Under the pieces are notes generated by a model. The model ran no database searches, had not been told where the DNA came from, and worked only from the letters and a program-made list of their open reading frames with translations. This document shows positions 47,227 through 57,368 of a DNA stretch of 64,000 bases, piece by piece. The stretch lies in contig CAZOXZ010000001.1 in the NCBI GenBank assembly GCA_964583865.1, positions 760 through 64,759 on the forward strand, written 5' to 3'. Made by a program: the position numbers and the translations under genes. Source of the stretch: an uncultured Rhodanobacteraceae bacterium. Lineage in GTDB: Bacteria > Pseudomonadota > Gammaproteobacteria > Xanthomonadales > Rhodanobacteraceae. The first letter of the stretch is position 1. Each line of letters opens with the position of its first letter.

Positions 47227-47449
47227 GAGTCTTTCCTTCAGTTGATGGCCCGGATTCCAGGCCGTGGCAAGGGTCGCCTGCAGGCGGGCTTCTGCACCAA
47301 CGCTGCAAACCAGGCGCAGAACCCGTAGGAGCGCACCTGTGCGCGACCGGGCAAGAACGCTCCGCGCGGCACGAGAACCACGGGACAAGGCATCCTGCCA
47401 GGGGCCGTCCGGCCCGGCAGGGTTTCGAGCCTGCAAGCTTCACAGCCTC

Positions 47450-49150
47450 TCAGGCCAGGTCCAGGGCCTCGGTGAGGTCGCCCGGCTGAACGCCGCTGTG
47501 CTTTTGCATGACCTGTTCGCGAAGGATCAAGCCGGGTAGTTTGGCCAGGCCGAAGCGGCGGGTGATGAAGCGGGCGATCGAGCCGTGGTCGTAGACGGCA
47601 TGCTCGACATGGCCGCGCTTGACGTGCGGCGAGATCAGCAGGGCCGGCACGCGTGATCCGGGTCCCCAGCGGTCGGCCTTGGGCGGGGCGACGTGATCCC
47701 ACCAGCCGCCGTTTTCGTCCACGGTGACGATCACCAGCATGCGCTGCCACTGCGGGCCATTGCGCAACGCTTCGACAACGTGGGCCAGATGCTCGTCGCC
47801 GCTGGCGACATCCGCATAGCCGGCATGCATGTTGAGGTTGCCCTGCGGCTTGTAGAAGGCCACGGATGGCAAGCAGCCGGCCTCGATGTCGGCGATGAAC
47901 TTGTTGCTGTCGCCGCGGTTGCCATGACCGCCGTCGCGCAGGTGCTGGCGGCGCGCGGCAGTACCAGGCGCGAAGTTGCTGAAATAGTTGAAGGGCTGGT
48001 GGTGCGGCTGGAAGTTCGGGCTGTCCGGGAAGGTCGCGTGCAGGCCGTCCTCACCGCGATTGTCCAGCGCCAGTTGCCAGCCGCCGGCATACCAGGCCCA
48101 GTCGATGCCACGCCAGGAAAGCAGGTCACCGATGGTGTCATGGGTCTGCGGCGGCATGGTGTAGCGATGGTCGGCCTTGGCATAGGCGGGCCGGGCCGGG
48201 TCGCGGGTAAAGGCCGGCGTGTATGGCGGACCCATGGTGTTGACGGCCCAGAAATCCGGCGAGATGGTGTTGTGCACGGCAAACTTCGCCTCACCTTGCA
48301 TGATGCTGGCCGGTGAATCCGGTGCCAGGCGCGGGTGGATACCGGCCGGGTCGCTGCCTTGCAGCTGGGCGATCATGGTGCGCGCCGGGCTGTTGTCGGC
48401 ATGCGGATAGTACGGCGGCTGAGCCGCGATGAGGTACTGGTGGTTCAGAAAGGAACCGCCAAAAGCGCCCATGAACCAGTTGTCGCACAGGGTGAACTCG
48501 CGCGCCAGGCGCCACAGGCGCAGGTTCACGGCGCTGTCGCCATAATGGCCCATGACCAGCGCGCCGCTGTCGCCCCAGGCGACGAACCCGTCGTTGCGAC
48601 CGCCGTTGATCTGCAACTGGTTGCGATAGAAACGGTGTGTCAGGTCGCGGGTAATCACGCCCTGCGGCAACGGGTCCCCTGCCGGCGTGCGCAGCACCCA
48701 GGGCGCATTGGGCAAGCCGGTGAGGTCTTTGTCCAGAATCTGGTAGCTGCGGTGGCCGACGGTCTGCGCATGTGGCACCAGGCCCTTGGGGATGGCCGGC
48801 AATTCCTGCAGCAGGCTGCCGTCGCGGTCGCGTTGGCGGAAGCGTTCCGGTGACACCTGATCCAGCGGCTGTTCCAGCCCTGGGAAGCCGGCGAAAAGAT
48901 TGTTGAAGCTGCGGTTTTCGGCAAACAGCACGACGACGTGATCGATGTGCTCGCGCAAGACCGCATCCACCGGCGCGCCCTTGAGCACGGGCACCACCGG
49001 AAGGCTGCGGCGCGCGGGCGTGGCACAACCACCCAGCGCCAGCATCCCGGCCGCGGCGGCCGCGCCGCCCAGAAGCCGCCGTCGTTGCGGGTTCTCGGGG
49101 TTGTCGTCAGCCGGCATACGGCCCGGTACCTGCTCGTTGTTGTCCGCCAT
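47450..49150 (-). CDS. phosphoesterase-family protein (AcpA / non-haemolytic phospholipase C family) with Tat signal
   Basis: Start MADNNEQ (cat 49148..49150). Twin-arginine signal QRRRLLGGAAAAAGMLALGGC. IDHVVVLFAENRSFNNLFAG start of the phosphoesterase domain. Confidence 0.83.
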   Translation of the reverse strand: MADNNEQVPGRMPADDNPENPQRRRLLGGAAAAAGMLALGGCATPARRSLPVVPVLKGAPVDAVLREHIDHVVVLFAENRSFNNLFAGFPGLEQPLDQVSPERFRQRDRDGSLLQELPAIPKGLVPHAQTVGHRSYQILDKDLTGLPNAPWVLRTPAGDPLPQGVITRDLTHRFYRNQLQINGGRNDGFVAWGDSGALVMGHYGDSAVNLRLWRLAREFTLCDNWFMGAFGGSFLNHQYLIAAQPPYYPHADNSPARTMIAQLQGSDPAGIHPRLAPDSPASIMQGEAKFAVHNTISPDFWAVNTMGPPYTPAFTRDPARPAYAKADHRYTMPPQTHDTIGDLLSWRGIDWAWYAGGWQLALDNRGEDGLHATFPDSPNFQPHHQPFNYFSNFAPGTAARRQHLRDGGHGNRGDSNKFIADIEAGCLPSVAFYKPQGNLNMHAGYADVASGDEHLAHVVEALRNGPQWQRMLVIVTVDENGGWWDHVAPPKADRWGPGSRVPALLISPHVKRGHVEHAVYDHGSIARFITRRFGLAKLPGLILREQVMQKHSGVQPGDLTEALDLA

Positions 49151-49303
49151 GTATCGCGTTCGTTGGCCAGTCCAGCGCAAACCTTGCGGCCCCGACCGAA
49201 GCAAGTCAACTGGTCAGAGTCGGTGAGTCAATCCACAGCCTGCGGATTGACTCAGTCGCGCCACCGAACCATGGCCGTCCCCACTGCCGACGGAACCCAA
49301 CCT

Positions 49304-49410
49304 TCATCCTGCGTGGAGCGAGCGCAGCGAGCGGAATCGCAGGATCTCCATCATGGCTTGCCGGCCGCCAGATTCTGCGACTGCGGGCTTCGCCCTCCGC
49401 GCAGAATGAC
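49304..49410. repeat. repeat family B unit (inverted orientation)
   Basis: ttcatcctgcgtggagcgagcgcagcgagcggaatcgcaggatc ... cgccctccgcgcagaatgac is the reverse complement of the 44091 and 52522 units. Confidence 0.85.
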
Positions 49411-49483
49411 AGGGATCGGGGTTGTGTATGCACCTCGAAATGGTTACACGGCCAGGCTTCGAGGCTGAAAGAATCGCAGCGTC

Positions 49484-50233
49484 TTACAACTTGTAACCCC
49501 GATGGATGGCTACCACGCCGCCGGTGAGGTTGCGTACCTGCACGTGCTCCAGCCCGGCGGCTTCCATCATGGCCTTCAGCGTGGCCTGATCGGGGTGCTT
49601 GCGGATGGACTCGGCGAGGTACTGGTAGCTGTCGCGGTCGCGGGCGATGAGACCGCCCAGTCGTGGCAGGATCTGGAAGGAATGCAGGTCGTAGAGCTTG
49701 CCGAAGGCCTCGTTGCGGACCTTGGAAAACTCCAGCACCAGCGCCCGGCCGCCCGGCTTCAGCACGCGCTGGATCTCGCGCAGGGCCTGGTCCTTGTCGG
49801 TGACGTTGCGCAGACCGAAGGCCATGGTCACCGCATCAAAGCTGGCGTCAGCAAAGGGCAGGGCCTCGGCGTTCATGCGCGCCCAGTGAAGACCCTCAAC
49901 CAGGCCACGATCAATGAGACGATCGCGGCCGACGGTGAGCATGGCTGCGTTGATGTCGCCGACGACGATGTCGCCCGTCTCGCCGACCACCGGTTTCAGC
50001 AAGGCGGCGATATCGCCGGTGCCGCCTGCCAGATCCAGCACCCGATGACCACGCCGAATGCCGCTGGTGGCCACGAAGTGGCGCTTCCACAGGCGATGGG
50101 TGCCGAACGACATCAGGTCGTTCATGAGGTCGTAATTGCCGGCCACCGAGGTGAACACGCCACCGACCAGCCGGGCCTTGTCGGCCACCGGCACATCGCG
50201 GTAGCCGAAATGCGTGGTGTCTTGTTCGCTCAT
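49484..50233 (-). CDS. ubiE: ubiquinone/menaquinone biosynthesis C-methyltransferase UbiE
   Basis: 249 aa. THFGYRDV start region and [13 protein letters not shown] motif. Conserved along its full length. Confidence 0.93.
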   Translation of the reverse strand: MSEQDTTHFGYRDVPVADKARLVGGVFTSVAGNYDLMNDLMSFGTHRLWKRHFVATSGIRRGHRVLDLAGGTGDIAALLKPVVGETGDIVVGDINAAMLTVGRDRLIDRGLVEGLHWARMNAEALPFADASFDAVTMAFGLRNVTDKDQALREIQRVLKPGGRALVLEFSKVRNEAFGKLYDLHSFQILPRLGGLIARDRDSYQYLAESIRKHPDQATLKAMMEAAGLEHVQVRNLTGGVVAIHRGYKL

Positions 50234-50260
50234 CAGGATGTCTGCTCAGGGTGTCGCAGC

Positions 50261-50923
50261 TCAATGCAGCGTGTGGCCGTGGCTGTCGCCGGTATCGACG
50301 ACGAAAGGCGTATTCATGGCCCGCCGCTCCAGCGTGCTCAAGGGATGCACGCGCCAGTAATGCCGCAGAGCCGCCACGGCCATGGGAATCTGGTGCAGGC
50401 AGTCGTGATAGTCGCTGGTGGACAGGCGCTCGACCTCGCCCTCGGCCTGGAACACGCCCTCTTCCAGGCCCAGCGCCATGATCGGCCCGAGCATTTCCAT
50501 CAACTCCGGATCTTCCTCCATGCGCGATTCCCACAGGGCAGCACGCAGGTCGATGCCGCGACTGAAGCCTTCGCACCAGCCAGCGGCGCTGATGCGTCCG
50601 GCCACCTCGTCCACACTGACCTCGCCCAGGATGGGCGCGTAGGTGTCGCTGGCCACGTCACCGGCGATGGAATCGTTCAGGCGCGAGAGCAAAGCCAGCA
50701 TGCGGTCGCTGTTGCCGGCATCGACATAAGGCTCGTCCAGCACCTGCGGCAGCCATTCGGCCGGCAACGCCGGGTTGGGACCGATGGCCAATGCCGTCAG
50801 AAATCCGTGCACGCCATCCAGCAGCAAGGCGTCCTTGTCGGACTGGGTACGCAGGAATTCGTCCAGCTGGTCCAGCTCGTGCTCATCGGGAGGGAAGTCG
50901 GGAGGGACGGAAGTGCTGATCAT
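50261..50923 (-). CDS. UPF0149 (YecA-like) family protein
   Basis: 220 aa. The LLLDGVHGFLTALAIGP motif is typical of UPF0149. The start overlaps the xthA stop (ATGA). Confidence 0.65.
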   Translation of the reverse strand: MISTSVPPDFPPDEHELDQLDEFLRTQSDKDALLLDGVHGFLTALAIGPNPALPAEWLPQVLDEPYVDAGNSDRMLALLSRLNDSIAGDVASDTYAPILGEVSVDEVAGRISAAGWCEGFSRGIDLRAALWESRMEEDPELMEMLGPIMALGLEEGVFQAEGEVERLSTSDYHDCLHQIPMAVAALRHYWRVHPLSTLERRAMNTPFVVDTGDSHGHTLH

Positions 50924-51690
50924 TCTGGCTGCAACTCCACGAGAACCGGGGTGTGGTCGGAGGGTCTGTCCCAGCCACGCGGGACACGGTCAATGCTGGC
51001 GCCTTGCACCCGCTTTTTCAAGGCCTGCGACACCAGCACCAGGTCGATGCGCAGGCCGTTGTTGCGATCAAAGGCCGCCTGGCGGTAATCCCACCAGGAA
51101 TAAAGACTGCCCTCGTCGTGCAGCAGGCGAAAGCTGTCATGCAGGCCCAGGGACATGATGGCGGCCAGGGCCTCGCGTTCCGGTGTCGAACAAAGAATGC
51201 GGCCGCGCCAGGCATCCGGATCGTACACGTCGCGATCGTCCGGCGCGATATTGAAGTCGCCCAGCACCACCAGCTGCGGATACCGCGCCAGTTCGGCTTG
51301 CAGGAAATCACGCACCCGCGCCAGCCATTCCAGTTTGTGCCGGTACTTCTCGTCGTCCACGGCCTTGCCGTTGACCACGTACAAATCGACGATGCGCACC
51401 TCGCCCACCGTGGCGGCCAGAATACGCCGCGCCGGGTCGTCCAGCCCGGGAATGTCGGTGACCACATCACGAGGCTGCGCGCGTGCCAGGATGGCCACGC
51501 CGTTGTAGGTCTTCTGCCCGGCGAACACGCAGCGGTAGCCCGCCTCGCGCACGGCATCGACCGGGAAATAAAGGTCCTCCAGCTTGGTCTCCTGCAAGGC
51601 CAGCACATCCGGCGCCGTGGTATCCAGCCAGCGCAGAACTTGCGGCAGGCGAACTTTCAGCGAGTTCACATTCCAGGAAGCAATCTTCAT
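50920..51690 (-). CDS. xthA: exodeoxyribonuclease III
   Basis: Start MKIASWNVNSLKVRL (cat 51688..51690). LQETK, GDFNIAP and SDHTPV motifs. Confidence 0.93.
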   Translation of the reverse strand: MKIASWNVNSLKVRLPQVLRWLDTTAPDVLALQETKLEDLYFPVDAVREAGYRCVFAGQKTYNGVAILARAQPRDVVTDIPGLDDPARRILAATVGEVRIVDLYVVNGKAVDDEKYRHKLEWLARVRDFLQAELARYPQLVVLGDFNIAPDDRDVYDPDAWRGRILCSTPEREALAAIMSLGLHDSFRLLHDEGSLYSWWDYRQAAFDRNNGLRIDLVLVSQALKKRVQGASIDRVPRGWDRPSDHTPVLVELQPE

Positions 51691-51845
51691 GCGCAAGCAA
51701 TTCCGATGGCAAGTGAAGCAAATGGCTCCGGTCATGGTAACGCGGAAGCGCCGATGCGGGAGAAGGCCAGATCGAACATCTACCTGCCATGGTCATCGGC
51801 AAGCGTTATATTGTCCGTCTGATCCACAGAGCAACAGGAAGGCCC

Positions 51846-52460
51846 ATGCTTGGAAAAATTGCCTCGGAGGCCCTGGGCCTCAGCGACATCGGCAAGGTCA
51901 TCGGTCCAGAGGACTACGACAAGGTCGAGTCGGATGACTACGTGATGCACGAGGACGGCGAGGAAATCTTCTTCCTCATCAAGTCGAAGAAGGACGAGTA
52001 CTGCTTCACCAACAAGGCCCTGATCCACGTGGATGGCCAGAGTGCAGTCAGCAAGAAACGTTCCCTGCGGCGATACAGCTATGCCCGCAATGTCATCAGT
52101 GACGTGGCCATGGAGACCGCCGGCACGGTGGATCTCGATGTCGAAATCAAGTTCACCATCGGTGGTCAGGCCATGTCGGTGGATGTACACAAGAAGTTCA
52201 TCGCGCCCATCAAGGATCTCTACAAGGCGCTGCTGGCCATCGCCGACAGCATGCATGAGAACGAGATCCTGATGCAGCACGCGCACACGAGCGTGGAGAC
52301 GGCGGCAAACACGCTGGGCAAGGCGAGCCTCACCGACGAGTCTGTCGTCGATGCCTTCAAGGGCATCAACCAGTCCGCCTTTGTGTGGCTGGAGCATGCC
52401 CACCGCAAGTACCACCCGAAGGACTTCTCGGAAATCTTCAAGCGCTACATCAACAACTGA
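51846..52460 (+). CDS. bacterial PH-domain protein (YvbH-like)
   Basis: AGGAAGG RBS precedes ATG 51846. DEYCFTNKALIHVDG...SKKRSLRRYSY...ETAGTVDLDVEIKF is followed by a helical bundle. Visibly more A/T-rich than its neighbours. Confidence 0.55.
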   Translation: MLGKIASEALGLSDIGKVIGPEDYDKVESDDYVMHEDGEEIFFLIKSKKDEYCFTNKALIHVDGQSAVSKKRSLRRYSYARNVISDVAMETAGTVDLDVEIKFTIGGQAMSVDVHKKFIAPIKDLYKALLAIADSMHENEILMQHAHTSVETAANTLGKASLTDESVVDAFKGINQSAFVWLEHAHRKYHPKDFSEIFKRYINN

Positions 52461-52521
52461 GAGCTTGTGGGTTTTGCCGGTCGCAAGATCATTTCAAGGT
52501 GCGTACACAACCCCGAGTCCT

Positions 52522-52858
52522 GTCATTCTGCGCGGAGGGCACAGCCCGTAGTCGCAGAATCTGCCCACCGGAAAGTCGTGATGGCGATCCTGCGATTCTC
52601 CTCGCTGCGCTCGCTCCACGCAGGATGACGGTTTTCAGTCGACGAGGAGTAGCCCACCTCTGTCATTCTGCGCGGAGGGCGCAGCCCGTAGTCGCAGAAT
52701 CCAGCCACCGGGAAGGCGTAGTGGAGATCCTGCGATTCTGCTCGCTGCGCTCGCTCCACGCAGGATGACGGCTGGATTTCGCTCGAGCGGGGACGGGCAT
52801 GTACCGGCCCCGCGACTGGAAAAATCCCCAGGACGGGGATTTTTTCACAGACTCTGAC
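52522..52858. repeat. two tandem family B units (52522..52629, 52662..52769) plus hairpin/T-run tail (52790..52858)
   Basis: Read directly from the sequence. The units start gtcattctgcgcggagggc and end gctccacgcaggatgac, forming imperfect terminal inverted repeats. Confidence 0.88.
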
Positions 52859-52924
52859 ACCGGTCAGTGCCGCCCAGGCTGCGGGGCGGCTATGCTTGGC
52901 AGCCCAATTCAGTCGAGTACCGAG

Positions 52925-53416
52925 ATGAAAGCCATTACCAGTTTCTGCCTTGCGGCCCTGCTGGCCGCACCAGCCGCCATGGCCGCCGACGCCGTCGTGC
53001 TGACCCCGGACGACATCCAGTTCACTGGCGCCCGTGCAATGATCGACGCCAACCCGGTGCTGCACGTCAAGACCATGCGCATGCGGATCGAGCCCAACAA
53101 GACCATGCCGCCACACGGTCCGGGCCAGGGCTACTTCATTGCCACCGTGATCAGCGGCACCTTGCAACTCGGCATCGGCGATACATTCGACGAAGCGGCG
53201 TTGAAGACCCTGCCGCCCGGCAGCGTGTTCACGCACGCACCGTCGCAAAAGCATTTCGTGCGTACCGGCGACGAGCCGGTGGTGCTGCAAGTGACCATGA
53301 TCCAGCCCGAGGGCGCCAAGCATCATCACCAACACGGTGCGGCCCACGAGCACGGTGCAAAGCACGAGCACGGGCACCACGAGCACGGCGAGCACAAGGC
53401 CAAGGCCGAATCCTGA
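52925..53416 (+). CDS. exported cupin-domain protein with His-rich C-terminal tail
   Basis: MKAITSFCLAALLAAPAAMA signal peptide, then a cupin-like core (MPPHGPGQGYFIATVISGTLQLG...HFVRTGDEPVVLQV). The tail is HHHQHGAAHEHGAKHEHGHHEHGEH. Confidence 0.68.
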   Translation: MKAITSFCLAALLAAPAAMAADAVVLTPDDIQFTGARAMIDANPVLHVKTMRMRIEPNKTMPPHGPGQGYFIATVISGTLQLGIGDTFDEAALKTLPPGSVFTHAPSQKHFVRTGDEPVVLQVTMIQPEGAKHHHQHGAAHEHGAKHEHGHHEHGEHKAKAES

Positions 53417-53441
53417 CGCGGACCTGGTCGACGTCCAAATC

Positions 53442-53473
53442 AAAAGGCCCATGCCTGCGGCATGGGCCTTTTT
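53442..53473. terminator. bidirectional rho-independent terminator
   Basis: Perfect 10-bp stem ggcccatgcc/ggcatgggcc with a 3-nt loop. It has AAAA on the left and TTTTT on the right, and sits between convergent genes. Confidence 0.85.
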
Positions 53474-53496
53474 GCATCAGGGTTTGGCCAAAGCTG

Positions 53497-55536
53497 TCAG
53501 GCCGGCACCGGGTCCGGGGTCAGGCCATAGCTGGCCAGCAAGGCCTCGGCTTGCGGCTCGCGCCCGCGAAAAGCGACGAAGCTCTGCATGGCCGGACGGC
53601 TGGCACCAACGGCCAGCACCTCGTTGCGGAAGCGCGACCCGGTGGCCGGGTCGATGACGCCGTGCGCCTCGAAGGCCGAGAACACATCCGCCGACAGCAG
53701 CTCGGCCCACAAATAGCTGTAGTACCCGGCCGCATAGCCGCCGGCGAAAATATGGCCGAAGGCATGCGGAAAGCGCTGCCAGGCGGGCGGGCGGATCACG
53801 GCTACCTCGTCGCGCACGCGTTCCAGCACGGCCATGGCCGTTTCGGGCGATGCCGGGTCATATTCCACGTGCAGACGAAAATCGAACAGGCCGTATTCCA
53901 GCTGGCGCAACAGGAACATGCCGGCCTGGAAGTGGCGCGCAGCCAGCATCTTCGCGAACAGGGCGTCGGGCAGTTTTTCGCCGCTTTGCCAGTGGCCTGA
54001 CAAAAGATCCAGCGCATCGCGGTTCCAGCCGAAGTTCTCCATGAACTGGCTGGGCATTTCCACGGCATCCCATTCGACATTGTTGATACCGGCGATGCCG
54101 GGCAAATCGACCTCGGTGAGCATGTGGTGCAGGCAGTGACCGAACTCATGCAGCAGGGTCAGCACGTCGTCGTGACTCAACAGGCTGGGATGGGCCTCGC
54201 CGGCCGGGGCGAAGTTGCAGGTCAGGAAGGCCACCGGCAACTGCGTCGCGCCGCCGGCCTGGAAGCGATCGCGGCAGGCGTCCATCCAGGCGCCGCCACG
54301 CTTGCCGCTGCGTGCCACAAGATCGAGATACAGCCCGGCGATGACGTGGCCCGAGCCGTCCAGCACATCCCAGTACTCGGCATCGGCATGCCAGGTGCTG
54401 ACATCCGTGCGCGGCTGCAACTTGATGCCATACAGCTGCTCGGCCAACGCGAACACACCGGCGCGCGCCGTGGGCAGCGGAAAGTACGGTTTCAATTCCT
54501 CCTCGGAAAGCTGGAAGCGTTGCTGGCGCAGCTTTTCCGAGGCCCAGCCGATGTCCCAGGCCTCGAGCTCCTCCAGGCCCAGTTCGCGGGCCGCAAAGGC
54601 GCGCAACCCGGCCAGTTCCTCGTCGGCCACCGGCCTGGCGCGTGTAGCCAGGTCGCGCTCGAAATCGAGCACGCGGTCGGTAGTGCCGGCCATCTTCACG
54701 CTCACCGACTCGGCCGCGGCATTGGCAAAGCCCAGCAACTGCGCCGCCTCATGGCGCAGGGCCATGATCTCGGCAATACGCGCACTGTTGTCAAAGCGGC
54801 CGGCATCCGGCCCCTGGTCCGAGGCCCGCGTAGCGAAGGCACGGTACACGCGCTCGCGCAAGCCGCGGTCGTCGGCATACGTGAGGACAGCCTGCACCGC
54901 CGGCTGGTGCAGGGTGACGAGCCAGCCGTCCAGATCCTTGTCCCGGGCATAGGCAGAAAGAATGTCCCGGGCCGAATCGGGCAGGCCCGCCAGTGCTGCC
55001 TCATCGGTAATGTGATGTTGCCAGGCTTCGGTGGCATCCAGCACGGCGTTGGAAAATTCGGTTCCCAACTGCGAAAGTCGGTTGCTGATCTCGCGGAAAC
55101 GCGAGCGCTGCGGTTCGATCAACGCCACGCCGGCAAGCTCGAAATCACGCAGGGCATGGCTCACCAGCGCTGCCTGCTCGGTGGTCACGTCGGGTTGTCC
55201 CGCCACCGCCTGCACGGCTTCGTACAGAGCCCGGTTCTGGCCCAAACGCGCGGCAAAATCGCTGACCAGGGCCTCGGCCTCGGCGTGGGCCTGGCGGAGT
55301 TCCGGTGTGTTGGCCACCGAATGCAAGTGGCTGATGGGCGACCACAAGCGGGCCAGGTCCTGATCCAGCCGTTCCCAGGCCAGCATGACACTGTCGAAGT
55401 CACGAACATCCTCCTTGCAAATCGCCTCGATACCGGCTTCGCAACGCGCGATGGCCTGTTTGGTCGCAGGCACGACATCAGCCGCTGAGAAGGCGGCAAA
55501 ATCGGGCAGGTTCAGGTCAGGTATGGCTGGGTTCAT
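53497..55536 (-). CDS. prlC: oligopeptidase A (M3 metallopeptidase)
   Basis: Start MNPAIPDLNLPDFAAF (alternative at 55548). HEFGH zinc motif, in LLHEFGHCLHHML. Confidence 0.92.
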   Translation of the reverse strand: MNPAIPDLNLPDFAAFSAADVVPATKQAIARCEAGIEAICKEDVRDFDSVMLAWERLDQDLARLWSPISHLHSVANTPELRQAHAEAEALVSDFAARLGQNRALYEAVQAVAGQPDVTTEQAALVSHALRDFELAGVALIEPQRSRFREISNRLSQLGTEFSNAVLDATEAWQHHITDEAALAGLPDSARDILSAYARDKDLDGWLVTLHQPAVQAVLTYADDRGLRERVYRAFATRASDQGPDAGRFDNSARIAEIMALRHEAAQLLGFANAAAESVSVKMAGTTDRVLDFERDLATRARPVADEELAGLRAFAARELGLEELEAWDIGWASEKLRQQRFQLSEEELKPYFPLPTARAGVFALAEQLYGIKLQPRTDVSTWHADAEYWDVLDGSGHVIAGLYLDLVARSGKRGGAWMDACRDRFQAGGATQLPVAFLTCNFAPAGEAHPSLLSHDDVLTLLHEFGHCLHHMLTEVDLPGIAGINNVEWDAVEMPSQFMENFGWNRDALDLLSGHWQSGEKLPDALFAKMLAARHFQAGMFLLRQLEYGLFDFRLHVEYDPASPETAMAVLERVRDEVAVIRPPAWQRFPHAFGHIFAGGYAAGYYSYLWAELLSADVFSAFEAHGVIDPATGSRFRNEVLAVGASRPAMQSFVAFRGREPQAEALLASYGLTPDPVPA

Positions 55537-55631
55537 GGCAATGGCCATTGCATGCGAATGAATCCCTGTACATGGCGCCGATGACAGGCAATTGCAAGGC
55601 AACCGACGGCCACGGGGAGTACGATGGATGC

Positions 55632-57368
55632 ATGCCGCGCACCATCAATGACAACCTGCCCCTGTTGCGCCACTCCAGCGTCTTCGCTCCCCTGCGCAAG
55701 GCCGTGCTGGAACGTATCAGTCGCCAGATGGAGACACGCACGGTCGACGGTGGGCAGACGCTGTTTCGCGCCGGCGAAACGGCCGCCGGCCTGTACCTGC
55801 TGCGCTCGGGCAGCATCGGCCTGTTCCGGCCGCCCCAGGCCGGTGGCGAGGAACACCTTGCAGGCATCGTCGGCAACGGCGAGACCCTCGGCGTGACCAG
55901 CCTGTTGCTGGACCAGCCGTACAACATCAACGCCCGCGCGCTGCGTGATTCGGAGTTGCTGTTCCTGTCACGCAAGGCCTGGGACCGGCTCATCCATCGC
56001 CACCCGCGGGTCATGCTGGGTTCGGCCCGGGCTGCCCTGCAACGACTGCTGGATCGCGATGCCGACGAACCTCGCATCCAGCCCCGAACCTTTGCCATCC
56101 TGCCTTTCGATGCCTCGGTCAACGTCCGCGCGCTGGCCGAAGCGCTGCGCCTGGCGCTGCAACCCTTCGGCCAGTGCCTGCTGGTCGATGCCGCGCTCGG
56201 CAAGGACCGCGAACCCGGTTGGTTTGCCGAACAGGAAGAACGCGCGCATTTCGTGCTGTACCTCGACGAGGGCCGCGACGAGGCCTGGCGCGACCTGTGC
56301 CGGCGCCAGGCCGATGCCCTGCTGCCCGCGGTGCAGGCCGGGCGGCGACCCGGACCGTGGCTGGATGCCGCGCACATGGACGAGCACGCCGACCTCGCCA
56401 GGCCCCGCCATCTTTTGCTGCTGCATTCGGGTGCCGACATCGTTGCCGGCGCCGCGGCACGCTGGGGCGAAGTCTTTGAAGGCATCGCCCAGGTGCACCA
56501 CATCCGCCATCTGAGTCGCGGCGACATCGAGCGCGTGGCACGCTTGTTGGCACGGCGTTCGGCCGGGCTGGTGCTGTCCGGCGGCGGTGCCCGTGCCTTT
56601 GCTGCCATCGGCCTGATCCGCGCGTTGCGCGAATGCGGCTTCCACGTCGACCGCGTCGGCGGCACCAGCATGGGAGCCATCGTCGCTGCCGGCGTGGCGC
56701 GCGAGTGGGACAACGACGCCATGCGCGCCCACTTCCACGATGCCTTCGTCAAACACAAGCCGCTGTCCGACTGGACCTTCCCGCTGGTGGCGCTGTTGCG
56801 CGGCGAACGCGCCTCACGCCTTTTCATGCAGCACTTTGGCAAGGGCGACATCAGTGACCTGGCCCTGCCGTTCTTTTGCGTGTCGGCTGACCTGACCAGC
56901 GGCATGGCCCGCATCCATCGTGATGGCCCCTTGTGGCGTGCCCTGCGCGCGGCCAGTTCCATCCCCGGCCTGCTGCCACCGGTGCTGCACGACGGCCACG
57001 TGCTGGTCGATGGCGGCATCATCAACGACCTGCCGGTAGATGTGATGTACGACCACGGCGTGTCCCGCATCCTGGCCTGCGACATCCGTGCTGAAGGCGT
57101 GCTCACCAGCCCGCTCGAGCAGGCCTGGTCGCCGGGCCTGTGGCAGCAATGGCGCCAACGCCACAAACAACCCGGTATCGGCTCGCTGCTGCTGCGCTCG
57201 GGCATGGTCAACGCCGAAACCGGCGCCACCGCCCGGCGACGCCTTGCGACCTGGTTGTTCGCGCCGCCCATGGAAGACATCGGCCTGCTGGACTTCGATG
57301 CCTTCGACCGTGCCGTCGAACTGGGCTACCGTTACGGCATGCAACTGCTTCCGGAACTGACCACATGA
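55632..57368 (+). CDS. cyclic-nucleotide-binding-domain patatin-like phospholipase (NTE/RssA-like)
   Basis: N-terminal cNMP-binding fold (FRAGETAAGLYLLRSGSI). Patatin motifs are GGGARAFAAIG, the GTSMGA nucleophile elbow and the DGGIINDLP Asp. Confidence 0.87.
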   Translation: MPRTINDNLPLLRHSSVFAPLRKAVLERISRQMETRTVDGGQTLFRAGETAAGLYLLRSGSIGLFRPPQAGGEEHLAGIVGNGETLGVTSLLLDQPYNINARALRDSELLFLSRKAWDRLIHRHPRVMLGSARAALQRLLDRDADEPRIQPRTFAILPFDASVNVRALAEALRLALQPFGQCLLVDAALGKDREPGWFAEQEERAHFVLYLDEGRDEAWRDLCRRQADALLPAVQAGRRPGPWLDAAHMDEHADLARPRHLLLLHSGADIVAGAAARWGEVFEGIAQVHHIRHLSRGDIERVARLLARRSAGLVLSGGGARAFAAIGLIRALRECGFHVDRVGGTSMGAIVAAGVAREWDNDAMRAHFHDAFVKHKPLSDWTFPLVALLRGERASRLFMQHFGKGDISDLALPFFCVSADLTSGMARIHRDGPLWRALRAASSIPGLLPPVLHDGHVLVDGGIINDLPVDVMYDHGVSRILACDIRAEGVLTSPLEQAWSPGLWQQWRQRHKQPGIGSLLLRSGMVNAETGATARRRLATWLFAPPMEDIGLLDFDAFDRAVELGYRYGMQLLPELTT

